Source: Candidatus Latescibacterota bacterium (lineage in GTDB: Bacteria; Latescibacterota; UBA2968; UBA8231). Taken from it: a stretch of DNA of 64,000 nt. The stretch is from the NCBI GenBank assembly GCA_965203175.1, contig OZ241867.1:6048001-6112000 (forward strand), in the 5' to 3' direction. The position numbers and the translations under genes were made by a program. Position 1 is the stretch's first letter. Every line of letters starts with the position of its first letter. Of this stretch, positions 40,840 to 50,517 are shown one piece after another. Below the pieces are notes generated by a model, which saw only the letters and a list, made by a program, of their open reading frames with translations, searched no databases and had not been told where the DNA came from.

Positions 40840-42400
40840 CGGACACCTCCGCTAGTGCTCGTTGCAGGGCAGGGCGGTCTCTTGGATGCAATTCCTCAAG
40901 CATCCGCCTTAGAAAGCGCAGCCCACCCTGCTCGACGAACTGGCGGCGCTCGGCTTCTTGCAGGTGCGGAAGCGCGGCCACTTGTGCCGCTATCAGCTCC
41001 GCTAGACGCCGCCTGAGTGCCGCCGGGCGCGCGTTATAGGGCATGCGCTTGAGAAAGAGCATCAGGTCATTGCGCCGCCAGACCTCTTCCAGCGGTGGGT
41101 AGCTGGGTCGATAGTCCTCGTATTCCCCTAGCATAGCGGACGCACCCCACTGCCCGGCTAGCGGACTCGCCGCTAGAGTCTCGACCATCGTCCGAGCGAT
41201 TAGGTAGTGGCCAAAGACTGTCGGATGTACGTACTCGGAGATCAACTCGCGGCCGACGATGCCGTGTGGCGACGCCGCAGAGAAAGCAGCTTCCACTTCG
41301 CAGAGCAATACCCCGTTCGAGTTGGAAGCCACCTCGCGGAGTATCTGATTGAAAAGCGTCGGGGCACGGAAGGGCAAGCGATCCAGGTCTCGCGCCCGTG
41401 TAAAAGCGGCTTTGGCCTCGCCGTATTCGCCGCGCAGATAGTGCTGCCGTCCCAATGTGAAGTGGAGATTGGCGCAGTAAGGATTTTCGCGCAGGGCGTT
41501 CCGCGCCTGTCGCTCGGCCTCTGCCCAGTGTCCGGCAGCGGTCAACGCCTCTATCTCCGGCGTCACCGCATCGCACTCTGAACGCAGCGGATGAAAGTCC
41601 TTGAGATTGGCAACTAGGGTCGAAAACAACAGCGGAATCTCATGCTCAGCGGCAATGAGGGCGATTTCCTCGAGGTTGGCGCGAAAGTTTTCCGCCGTCC
41701 TGCTGTAGCCTGCGTCGAGCGGACCGATTTCTTCGCGTGCTAGATGCAAACCAAAGGATGCAGTCTCCTCCTCGGGTTGGGCCCAGCTTTGCAGGTATGC
41801 GATTAATTCCCCTAGGTAGTAGTAGATGCGCGAACGCTGCAAAAGCATCAGGAAGCGGATCATCGTTCGGTCGTTGCCCACGCGGACAAAGGGCGTAGTA
41901 ACTCCGTAGGGTCCCATGAATTCGTTGTGGCCCGTGTAGAGAATGACCAAGTCGGGATCGTAGTCGGCGATCTCGCGCATAAAGTCCACTAGACAGAAAG
42001 TATTGAGCGCGGTGATCCCACAGTTGATCACTTCAAAACGCCGCTCGGGGTAAGCGGCGGGAAGCATTTTCTCTAGGTATTGGGGAAAGGCGGCCGAAAC
42101 CGGATGTGGGAAACCAACGAGAGTCGAGGCCCCCAAGACAAAGACGCGCACGACATCGGGCGCTTTGTCGGCCGCAAAGCTCTGCACTAGCGGCGAGGAG
42201 CGGCGATATGGATGCTGGAAGAAGCGGTAGGTAACGTCCCGATTAGCAGTATAGACTTTTTCGCCGCCGGTTTCCCTCAACGCGAAAAGACGGGGAGAGG
42301 GACCTACGTCGCAAAGTTGCAAAATGCCTTCGACCCCAGCCAGCAAACCCAACCCCACAAGCGCGGATAGCAGGTTTAGGGCCAGCGCTTTCCTCTGCAT
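40829..42400 (-). CDS. Membrane-anchored SGNH-hydrolase-like protein with TPR insert
   Basis: N-terminal TM, FVLGAST (block I), INCG, GHNE and EYVHP (block V). Confidence 0.75.
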   Translation of the reverse strand: MQRKALALNLLSALVGLGLLAGVEGILQLCDVGPSPRLFALRETGGEKVYTANRDVTYRFFQHPYRRSSPLVQSFAADKAPDVVRVFVLGASTLVGFPHPVSAAFPQYLEKMLPAAYPERRFEVINCGITALNTFCLVDFMREIADYDPDLVILYTGHNEFMGPYGVTTPFVRVGNDRTMIRFLMLLQRSRIYYYLGELIAYLQSWAQPEEETASFGLHLAREEIGPLDAGYSRTAENFRANLEEIALIAAEHEIPLLFSTLVANLKDFHPLRSECDAVTPEIEALTAAGHWAEAERQARNALRENPYCANLHFTLGRQHYLRGEYGEAKAAFTRARDLDRLPFRAPTLFNQILREVASNSNGVLLCEVEAAFSAASPHGIVGRELISEYVHPTVFGHYLIARTMVETLAASPLAGQWGASAMLGEYEDYRPSYPPLEEVWRRNDLMLFLKRMPYNARPAALRRRLAELIAAQVAALPHLQEAERRQFVEQGGLRFLRRMLEELHPRDRPALQRALAEVSGGV

Positions 42401-42421
42401 GTGCCCGCCGGACGGCGGCCC

Positions 42422-45400
42422 TTAGTAGGCCACCGCAATCACCCGCTGGGCGACTTGGTGCGAAGCTCCTTGTGCATCTACATCCACCTCAATTCGGCAT
42501 AGATAGAGCCCGGGAGGCACCGGTACTCCCTGCGCATCGCGCCCGTCCCATTGCACCACTTGCTCGCCGAAGCTACGGCGCTTCTCTTGCCAAATTGGCC
42601 GGCCGCTCAAGTCAAATATCTGCACCTGTAGCGCCCGTTCGGTATTGAGGTTGCCAATGGCGAAGCGAACTGCGGTCTGGTCGTTGATCCCATCGGCGTT
42701 AGGCGTGAAGGGATTGGGAGCAATGGTTACCTCTTGAATTACCCGCGAAGAGAACGGCACCGAGATACTCAGCGAAGCACTCGGCGTCTCCGCGGTAGCA
42801 TCGCCAGGATCCACCTGCTGCCATGACTCTGGGTGCGCGGAGTCGCGGATAGACACATCGACAGTACTGCCGTTGAGCAAGACTCGCGCCTTAAAGCGCA
42901 CCTGTACCATCTCCCCTGCTGCCACAACTGCGCCGCGCTCGGCGCGAGGCAGGGCATTGTAGGCGCTTTCACTTAGCGGCTCGCCGTCTTGGTTAAACGG
43001 GAACTGTCCCCCTTTGCCTAGGAGCCGACGAAAGTAGCGGACTGACCCCTTGAGCGAATCCTCCAGTGCCCGAAAATCCGTCTCGGAAACCTCTCTCTCG
43101 ATGACTTTCCCCTCGTCGTCTTGGTCAGTGATCGCGAAGTAAACGATGCGGCCTTTCTCTTCAAAGGGCAGGCCTAAGTAGGTCAACTCGTTGAGGAGAC
43201 GCCCGTCTGCATCTACGGGTACTTCGTCGTCCTCTGCGACGATTGCGCGATAGTATGTCCTAGAACCCGGCTGCTGAGGCTGCAAGGCGACCTTCTCCGG
43301 TAGCCGCAAAAGCACCTGAGCCTCCCCTGGGAAGAACGCTTTGACAGTATCGCCGTCAGCGTTCAGGAACGCTTGGTAACGACGCCCATCCGGCTCGACA
43401 AACCAAGGCGTGTGCTCCCCGTTTGTTGGATCTTGACGCGAGCCAAGCTCGGCGAAGCGGTGCGCTTGTTCATCACCCAAACCTACCTCGATAATTTCGA
43501 GCGCGGGGATTGGATCGGCATTGAGCAGAATCTCGTCAAAGCGGCGGCTCGGCGGCCCCCCAGGCTGGTCTTCGACAAAAGAAGGATTGATAAAGAGTGA
43601 GAAGTCGTGCTCCTCGCCGAACGGCACCTCGCTGGGCCAGATCTCGGCCAGCGTGCGACTAGCCACTGGCGGCGTGAACTGTACCCGCACCGTGTGTAGC
43701 GAAGCGACCACCTCGGGGTCGGTAGACAGCAGCCGGGCCTGTATTTGCATATAGCGTCTGGGACTAGGCGAGGTGACCAACGCACCTGGGTTCGCGTAGC
43801 GTTGACTCCAGCTACTCCAACCGCCGCCGGGCTTGACGCGGGAGACGACCGGCCCCTGAAATCCCTTGGGTAGCTTATTGTATTCAGCTTCGGTCTTAGG
43901 CTCGCCGCCGCTGCCGTAGTATTCGGTCACCTCGATCAACCGATCGCCGGTGCGCGTGCGGATCTCCACCTGCGCTATATCGGGATCGGGGATATCGGCT
44001 TCCCATTCAATGCGGCCTAGTAGGACCGCGCCTGGCAACTCGATCATCGGTGAAGTCAGAGTGACCTCTGACGGGGCTCCTTGGCCGAAGAGTTGAAATT
44101 CTCGGATCCGGTCGCCGGTATTGTAGCCTCCAGCCCGACCCGCATAGTCGGAGAATATCTGCGAGGTCAAATAGCGTACTTGGAGCAATTCGTCAAAGCC
44201 CTGCTCGACCGTACCGCCCTGCTGGCGGTGGATCTCTTCCCACTTGAGATTGCCGTTGGAGTCTCGCGTGCCATTCGAAGCGCGCAGTACCATCTCATCG
44301 ACGCCGCTGATGCCGCCGACCATGCGGAAGTAGCTCAGCCAGAATCTGGCCCCTAGGTCTAAGGTCAGCACGCCGCGGTTGTCAAAGCGCGGATCTGGCG
44401 ACCAGACTAGCTGTAAGTAGTTAGTCTCGTAGCGCCCGTCAAAGCCGGGTGTGCCGGCGAAGATGCCGGTCAGGTCAACACTCCCGCCACCGTCGACGAT
44501 CCCCAGCGCGATGTTGTCGCCTTGATTCCAAATCTCGATGTCGGCCAGCCGAGGCCGCTCGCGCTGGTAGTAGACCAGCCGACCTTGGCGCTGGGGGTCA
44601 ACTTGGGAGAAGATATCCTCGTCCACTTTGGTCTCGCTGCCGGCTGCATTGACAATGTGGTAATCGATCCCGCCTTGGTCTCCTGCCGGCAGGGCCATAA
44701 ACTCCGCCTCTGAGACCGTGCGAAACTTGTCGAACCGGCTGTCGGTGATGGCGATCCGCACAATGTGCAACTGCCGGAAGATGCCTTCGTCATCTGGGTC
44801 TAGATCGAACTCCAACACCGTCTGGTCTTCGTTGGGGACGATCGTGCGCTCAATGAGCGAGAGTGCCGCGTCGCGCTGGTCAGAAGCTGTACCGAGGATG
44901 CGGACTTGGCGGAACGGCTCGCCCACCTCTGGATCGACAAAGCGCAGCACAATTCGCGAGACTGCGACCAGTCGCCCTAGATCAATATCTATGTACCAAT
45001 TCTCAAACGAGCGGCTGTGGTATTCGATCCGCCTGTCTCTACTACTGGTCACCTCATAGGTTGCGCGATCCACCCGCCGCTCGCCAACCTCGTCCCGGGC
45101 AAAGTAATAGATCGGCCCACGTTGGTCTTCGGGGAGCGCTCCGTAGGTCGTGCGATCCACCGCGCTGCTGGGCTCCCAATAGGTCAACGGATCCCCATCG
45201 AGGATGGAGACTGCGGACTCGGGATTGTTGGGCGTGTACTTGATGCCCCCGTGATAGTAGTACCAGATGACGGGATCGCCCACCTCGATATTCTTCTTTT
45301 TGTTGGCTTTCAAATACACGATGGGTACGCCGGCTACGGTCGCTGGCGCGGTGCGGATGTTGAACGGCGTGGGGAGATCTGCACGGCCGAGGTCCTTGAG

Positions 45401-45694
45401 CAGTTTTTCGTAGGCCTTCTGATCGCCGATGAGGGTCTGAAATTGGTCCATTCCCTCCACGGCATTGGTCTCGATGCGGATAGTGCGCGGGCGCACCGCG
45501 TGCGTGTGTGGGTCAATCTCTATTGCGTGTTTGGGCCGAGTCCACGCTTCCCAGTGCTCGGCTTGGTCAACGGAAACTCCGCTGGCCGAGAGGCTAAAAC
45601 CTGCTTGGGCGGCGGTCTGCGCGTGGGCCAACGCGACAGAACTGAGCAAGTACAGACCGCACGCGAATAACTGGAACCTCCTAGCGCTCAACAT
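42422..45694 (-). CDS. Large secreted protein with C-terminal CHU_C/FlgD-Ig-like tail (paralog A)
   Basis: Signal peptide (AHA-Q), DLG/EFQLFG discoidin-like segments, RTRTG, SPSPRRY, EIWP, PNPFTPNADGIND, WDGRD..G..VPPGLY; ends VAY. Confidence 0.85.
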   Translation of the reverse strand: MLSARRFQLFACGLYLLSSVALAHAQTAAQAGFSLSASGVSVDQAEHWEAWTRPKHAIEIDPHTHAVRPRTIRIETNAVEGMDQFQTLIGDQKAYEKLLKDLGRADLPTPFNIRTAPATVAGVPIVYLKANKKKNIEVGDPVIWYYYHGGIKYTPNNPESAVSILDGDPLTYWEPSSAVDRTTYGALPEDQRGPIYYFARDEVGERRVDRATYEVTSSRDRRIEYHSRSFENWYIDIDLGRLVAVSRIVLRFVDPEVGEPFRQVRILGTASDQRDAALSLIERTIVPNEDQTVLEFDLDPDDEGIFRQLHIVRIAITDSRFDKFRTVSEAEFMALPAGDQGGIDYHIVNAAGSETKVDEDIFSQVDPQRQGRLVYYQRERPRLADIEIWNQGDNIALGIVDGGGSVDLTGIFAGTPGFDGRYETNYLQLVWSPDPRFDNRGVLTLDLGARFWLSYFRMVGGISGVDEMVLRASNGTRDSNGNLKWEEIHRQQGGTVEQGFDELLQVRYLTSQIFSDYAGRAGGYNTGDRIREFQLFGQGAPSEVTLTSPMIELPGAVLLGRIEWEADIPDPDIAQVEIRTRTGDRLIEVTEYYGSGGEPKTEAEYNKLPKGFQGPVVSRVKPGGGWSSWSQRYANPGALVTSPSPRRYMQIQARLLSTDPEVVASLHTVRVQFTPPVASRTLAEIWPSEVPFGEEHDFSLFINPSFVEDQPGGPPSRRFDEILLNADPIPALEIIEVGLGDEQAHRFAELGSRQDPTNGEHTPWFVEPDGRRYQAFLNADGDTVKAFFPGEAQVLLRLPEKVALQPQQPGSRTYYRAIVAEDDEVPVDADGRLLNELTYLGLPFEEKGRIVYFAITDQDDEGKVIEREVSETDFRALEDSLKGSVRYFRRLLGKGGQFPFNQDGEPLSESAYNALPRAERGAVVAAGEMVQVRFKARVLLNGSTVDVSIRDSAHPESWQQVDPGDATAETPSASLSISVPFSSRVIQEVTIAPNPFTPNADGINDQTAVRFAIGNLNTERALQVQIFDLSGRPIWQEKRRSFGEQVVQWDGRDAQGVPVPPGLYLCRIEVDVDAQGASHQVAQRVIAVAY

Positions 45695-45750
45695 GGTCGA
45701 CTCCCCTCTGATAGAACCGAATACGTAGAGTCTAGATTTTAATCATTGAA

Positions 45751-47490
45751 TCAGGGGTTTTCAATCTGTTTTTGCGGCGGTTGAGTCAAGCTGGCCAAAA
45801 GTGCGTCCGGTAACGCCGCGTCCAGTCGGTCGGCAAACGCGGTCACCTGAGTGCGGTACTTGGCGCGCAACTGATCCATTAGTTCGTCGAAGCGCTCTCG
45901 TTCTTGGCGCTGGACGAGCGAAGCCCGCGCCCGCCGCAATGCCTTGTCCTCGGGTTCCGGCTGTGGCTCTTGGTGCCGCATTACCTTAAAGAAAACATAT
46001 CCATCCCGGGTCTCCACCGGGCCGCGCAACGCACCCAACGGTGCCTCTTGCAGCGCTGGCCAGAGACGAGGATAGACGACCTCGTTGAGGCTGATCATGC
46101 AGACCAAGCCATCCGGCTGCCGCGGCCGCACATTAAAGCCGCGCTGCCGGGCGACCTGCAAAAGATCGGTCGCCTCGTCCAATTCTCCTGCGAGTTGTGC
46201 GGCTTCCTCCTCGGTGGGGACAATGAGTTCCTCGTAGCAGATTCGCTCCGGCAGCAGAAACTGCTCGGGGTGCTCGTCGATATAGCGGCGGGCCGCCTCG
46301 TCCTCCACCGCGACCTTATCTCTGACCTCGATCTGGCGCAAGCGGGTCAACAAAAGCTCCTCTTTAGCATCTTCCACCCAATCGACGACGGCGGGCTCGT
46401 CCGGGATGCCTGCCTGGCTTGCCGCGTGAGCCAGCATGATCTCGGGCAGGATAAAGCGGCGAGCAATCGCAGTGATAAACGCACTGTCTGCTAGCGCTTT
46501 TCGCGAGTGTATCCGGTGCAGCTTTAGCGTGTGGAGATACTCGTTTACGCTCACTTGACCTCCTTTGTAGCTAAAGAGCGCTGCACTGCGGTCGGCCGCA
46601 CTCAAGTGCTGCACCTGTTGCGCCGGATGCTCCGCCAGCACCGCGAGGACTTGGCGACCTGCCGCGTCCATTGACCAGTCCAGTTCGTAGGCCAACATTT
46701 CCACCTTGCGGTCCTCGACTTCCCTTTGGCCTAGCTTCATTAACTGTGCTTGCAACGCGGCTTGATGGGTTGCCAATTCGGCCTGCCGCTCGCCGATGAA
46801 GCGAATGAGTTGATAAGCCCGACCGCGAGCTAGCGGGGGAGAAACTTCTTCCGTCGCGAGGGTATCGAAAACCGCGACTGGTATCCCCATCCGCTCGGCC
46901 AACGAACGATTGAGAAAACCTACCTCACCCGCGCGTTCAGCCGATTGGCTGTCCAGCGAATGCGCCCGGGCCAAATTGGCCCAAGACTCCCCGGCCGCCA
47001 GTCGCTTCTGCAGTTCACCTGCCTCTTGCTGGCTAGCAACCACGATTGCAGTCAAAAATCGCTCGCGTGCTAGGCCGAGTTCCTCAAAGCGCTGGCGAAT
47101 ATCCTCCTCTGTTACTTCTACTAGCGGCATGATCTCGCGCTGGCGCAGAGCCGAGACGATGTATTTCCGCTGCTTACTACTCAGTTTCTCCACTAGTTGG
47201 GAGTCCTGCTCCAAACCTCGATTGCGAGCCTCAAGTAGCAGTAATTCTTGGTCAATCAAGCTCTGCAGATAATCCTCTCGCGCCTCCTGGCCCTGCTTGT
47301 GGGTATAGAGTCCCGGCAGCAAGTTGAGCACGAATCGCCGTAGCTCCTCGGCGTGGATCGCTTTCTGCCCTACCACCGCGACGATTTCTTCCTCTTTCTG
47401 CTTGCCGCAGGCCCCTAGAACTACCAGTAAGCCTAAGAGCAGACTCCCCGCTCGCAACGCCGCATGCTGTTTACCCCAACTCATCTTCAT
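45751..47490 (-). CDS. Parvulin/SurA-PrsA-like peptidyl-prolyl isomerase lipoprotein (two PpiC-like domains)
   Basis: Lipobox LGAC, LARAHSLD..SAERAGEVGF and GPVETRDGY. Confidence 0.8.
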   Translation of the reverse strand: MKMSWGKQHAALRAGSLLLGLLVVLGACGKQKEEEIVAVVGQKAIHAEELRRFVLNLLPGLYTHKQGQEAREDYLQSLIDQELLLLEARNRGLEQDSQLVEKLSSKQRKYIVSALRQREIMPLVEVTEEDIRQRFEELGLARERFLTAIVVASQQEAGELQKRLAAGESWANLARAHSLDSQSAERAGEVGFLNRSLAERMGIPVAVFDTLATEEVSPPLARGRAYQLIRFIGERQAELATHQAALQAQLMKLGQREVEDRKVEMLAYELDWSMDAAGRQVLAVLAEHPAQQVQHLSAADRSAALFSYKGGQVSVNEYLHTLKLHRIHSRKALADSAFITAIARRFILPEIMLAHAASQAGIPDEPAVVDWVEDAKEELLLTRLRQIEVRDKVAVEDEAARRYIDEHPEQFLLPERICYEELIVPTEEEAAQLAGELDEATDLLQVARQRGFNVRPRQPDGLVCMISLNEVVYPRLWPALQEAPLGALRGPVETRDGYVFFKVMRHQEPQPEPEDKALRRARASLVQRQERERFDELMDQLRAKYRTQVTAFADRLDAALPDALLASLTQPPQKQIENP

Positions 47491-47573
47491 GCCTATAATT
47501 CCTTGTTGAATCGGTTTCTATTTCAACCGCGAGTATATATAGTCGAAACAGCCCAAATCCTCAAGACGCGTCC

Positions 47574-49361
47574 ATGCCTGCTATCTATACACTTAAATGC
47601 TGGTTTCTGCTCGTCTTGGCGGGAGTCCTGTGCTACCTCAACGCTTTGGGCAACGGCTTTGTCTTCGACGACTCGGCCTACCTGAGTAGCCCACTAGTCC
47701 ATCAATTTCGCCCGCTGGATGCCTTCCTTCAGAGCAGTATTCACCCCGATCTCTATCGGCCCTTAACCCTGCTCTCGCTAGCCTGTGACTTCCGCTGCTA
47801 CGGCGACCAGCCGCTAGGCTACCACCTGAGTAGCCTCCTCCTCCACCTTCTCAACGCCCTATTGGTCTTTCAGCTAAGTTACCACATCCTCGCACGGCAG
47901 TCTGCCGCGCTCTTGGCCTCCTTGTTTTACACCCTCCACCCGCTGCAGACCGAGGTGGTTTCTTGGATATCCTCCCGCGGCGATTTGCTAATGAGCTTTT
48001 TCTTTTTGGCGGGCCTACTTTGCCATCTGCGCATACAGACGCGCCGCGGACGAATATTGGCGTGGTTCCTGTACGGTTGCAGCATCTTGTCCAAGGAGAG
48101 CGGCTTTGTCCTGCCTGCCGTCGCCTATTGCTACGACGCGCTATTTGCCGCGCCAGCCCGCCCACTCCGACACTTGTTCAACTTCACCCGCGCATGGCTC
48201 GTGCGCCACTGGGGATATGCTCTAGTCCTAGTCTTGGCCCTAGCCTTGCGCTGGAACGCGGCAGAAGCGGCAGAACCGATCTCTGCCAACTTCCTCGCCG
48301 ACGCCGATGCGGTTTCTCGGCTGCTGACGCTTCCAGCGATCTTGCTGCGCTACCTAGTACTGATCGTCTTTCCCCTTCACCTCTCAGCAGACTACTCCTA
48401 CGCCTCCATCTCCTTGGTACAGACGCCGCTCGACCCCAACTTCATCGCCGGCCTTCTCGCCGCTAGTGCGCTCCTCTACCTGCCCTTGCGCACTTCCTCG
48501 CCTCCATTGGTCTTCGCCGCGGCCTTCGGCTGGCTCGCCTTCCTGCCCGCTTCCAACCTCTTAGTCTTGGCACCCAGCGGTATGGCCGAGCGCTACCTAC
48601 ATCCAGTCATGCCCGCGCTGGCGCTCTTCTTAGGACTAGCCGCTAAGACTTGGTTTACAAAGCGCTATCGCATCGCTGGTAGTGCCCTAGTCGCCGTCGT
48701 CTTCCTACTCATGGCCGTCCGCACCATTGACCGCAATCGCGACTGGGCCAGCGACTACGCGCTGTTTTCCGCTGTCGTCGCCCTCTACCCCGACAACGTT
48801 AGAGCCCGCGAAAATTTGGCCCATGCGCACTACCAACAGGGCGATGTCAAAGAAGCGATTGAGCACTACAAGCAAGCCATTGCCATCAACCCACACCGAG
48901 TCCGCCCTTACTACAACCTAGGGCTGCTCTACAATGCGGAAGGCCAATATCGCGCGGCCATCCGGGTCTTCAAAGCCGCGCTGGAACTCAATACCGAGCA
49001 CGCTGGCGTGCATTACAACACTGGACTTGCCTACCAGAAAATGGGCCGCCATGCCGCCGCGATTCCCCACTACGAAAAAACGCTGCACCAATCACCCGAT
49101 CACGCACGCGCCGTCTTTAACCTCGGTCGAGCCTACCAGCACCTCGGTCAGCACTCCCAAGCTATCGCGGCCTACAAGACTGCGCTCACCTTGGACCCAA
49201 GTAGGACCAATGCCTATTATCACTTGGGCGAACTCTATCGCACGACAGGCGATTTTTGCAACATGACCACTGCTTGGCAGACTCTGTTGCGCTTGGTCCC
49301 TCATCACCCCAAGGCCGAGCAAATCCGCCCCCTGTTCCAGCCCTGCGAAAAAAATCCGTAG
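47574..49361 (+). CDS. TMTC-like GT-C glycosyltransferase with C-terminal TPRs
   Basis: FVFDD, YRPL, HPLQTEVV.WIS.R, SKE, PLHLSADY and AERYL, then TPRs. Confidence 0.86.
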   Translation: MPAIYTLKCWFLLVLAGVLCYLNALGNGFVFDDSAYLSSPLVHQFRPLDAFLQSSIHPDLYRPLTLLSLACDFRCYGDQPLGYHLSSLLLHLLNALLVFQLSYHILARQSAALLASLFYTLHPLQTEVVSWISSRGDLLMSFFFLAGLLCHLRIQTRRGRILAWFLYGCSILSKESGFVLPAVAYCYDALFAAPARPLRHLFNFTRAWLVRHWGYALVLVLALALRWNAAEAAEPISANFLADADAVSRLLTLPAILLRYLVLIVFPLHLSADYSYASISLVQTPLDPNFIAGLLAASALLYLPLRTSSPPLVFAAAFGWLAFLPASNLLVLAPSGMAERYLHPVMPALALFLGLAAKTWFTKRYRIAGSALVAVVFLLMAVRTIDRNRDWASDYALFSAVVALYPDNVRARENLAHAHYQQGDVKEAIEHYKQAIAINPHRVRPYYNLGLLYNAEGQYRAAIRVFKAALELNTEHAGVHYNTGLAYQKMGRHAAAIPHYEKTLHQSPDHARAVFNLGRAYQHLGQHSQAIAAYKTALTLDPSRTNAYYHLGELYRTTGDFCNMTTAWQTLLRLVPHHPKAEQIRPLFQPCEKNP

Positions 49362-49495
49362 TTCAGCAATAAATTTTATAGTTGAACTATATATATGTAT
49401 TGTGTACAATTTAAACGCTGTAAGCAGTTAGTTAGACTTTTGGCTCGCCTAAAGCTAGTCATCTTTACCCGCGCTCGACCTATAGGAGGTGCAAC

Positions 49496-50398
49496 ATGCG
49501 CAATGTATTGACTTTCGTCGCCGCCCTGCTGGTAGTGGGGCTGGCCACGCCAACCTGGAGCCATTTTCCTCCGGGAGAGTTCCTCTTTGCCGTGCAGTTT
49601 CCCGACGAGAATTTGCCTAACGTCGATGGCGACATCTCGGAGTGGAGCGTCATTCCGCAGGTGCCCTACGAAGTGGGCAACGACATGTATTCGGACGCCG
49701 TTTACTCCAAAGTGCGCGGCGAGATTGACGTCAGCGATCTGAGCGTCCGCCAGATCGTCGGCTGGAACGACAACAACGACCGTCTTTACTTGATGGCCGA
49801 GGTTTTCGACAACGTCCACAACACGGACCGCGAGGATCCGGCCCAGTTTTGGACCGACGATGCCTGGGAGATCTACATTGCCCCGACGCACCCCGAGGCC
49901 GAAGGGGGCGGTGACTATGCCCCTGGTAGTGAGGGTGGCATCGTCAAGCAGTCCTTCAACTTCGGCATTCCGCCCATCGGCGGTAGCTGGGGTCAGTTCC
50001 TGCCCGATTTCGAGTGGCGCACGGATCCGTTCAACGGCGATAACTGGGTCATGGAGTATTCCTTTGAAGGCGAGGAATTCGGCGAGAGCACCTACTTCTA
50101 CGAGATGTGGATTCAGCCTTACGACTTCATTCCCGACGACGGCGATCGCGAAGGGGCCGAACTGACCGACCTCTCCGACGGCGACGTCATCGCCATGAGT
50201 TGGACCTTCGGCGATTTCGACGAGCCGGGCACCACGTATCAGGGATTCTGGTCCACTTCGCCCAACGGATGCTGCCGCGCCGACAACGACATGGTCATGA
50301 GCGAGCTAGACGACTCCATCGACTGGGGTGCCGCTCCCGCTTCCACCTCAGTTGAGTCCGATACTTGGGGCCGCATTAAAGCCCAGTTCCAGCAGTAA
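49496..50398 (+). CDS. Secreted acidic protein (CBM9/DOMON-like) with C-terminal TWGRIK tail
   Basis: Signal peptide, VDGDISEW, GWND...LYLMAEVFD and DAWEIYI; ends STSVESDTWGRIKAQFQQ. RBS AGGAGG. Confidence 0.8.
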   Translation: MRNVLTFVAALLVVGLATPTWSHFPPGEFLFAVQFPDENLPNVDGDISEWSVIPQVPYEVGNDMYSDAVYSKVRGEIDVSDLSVRQIVGWNDNNDRLYLMAEVFDNVHNTDREDPAQFWTDDAWEIYIAPTHPEAEGGGDYAPGSEGGIVKQSFNFGIPPIGGSWGQFLPDFEWRTDPFNGDNWVMEYSFEGEEFGESTYFYEMWIQPYDFIPDDGDREGAELTDLSDGDVIAMSWTFGDFDEPGTTYQGFWSTSPNGCCRADNDMVMSELDDSIDWGAAPASTSVESDTWGRIKAQFQQ

Positions 50399-50422
50399 GA
50401 CGAGTGCGCAGCATCGTTTTTT

Positions 50423-50459
50423 AAGGGCGGTGGGCTACCCAGCCCATCGCCCTTTTTTT
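50423..50459 (+). terminator. Rho-independent terminator
   Basis: AAGGGCGGTGGGCT-ACCC-AGCCCATCGCCC-TTTTTTT downstream of the stop at 50398. Confidence 0.8.
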
Positions 50460-50517
50460 CTTTTTCACTCAAGGGCGCTCCTCCGACACGCGCCACCCTG
50501 CATGAGGAAATCCGGCC

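Noticed and set aside
42422-42720. FlgD-Ig-like tails as evidence of flagellar genes
   Set aside because: There are no flagellar genes nearby, and the domain is C-terminal on Sec-exported proteins.
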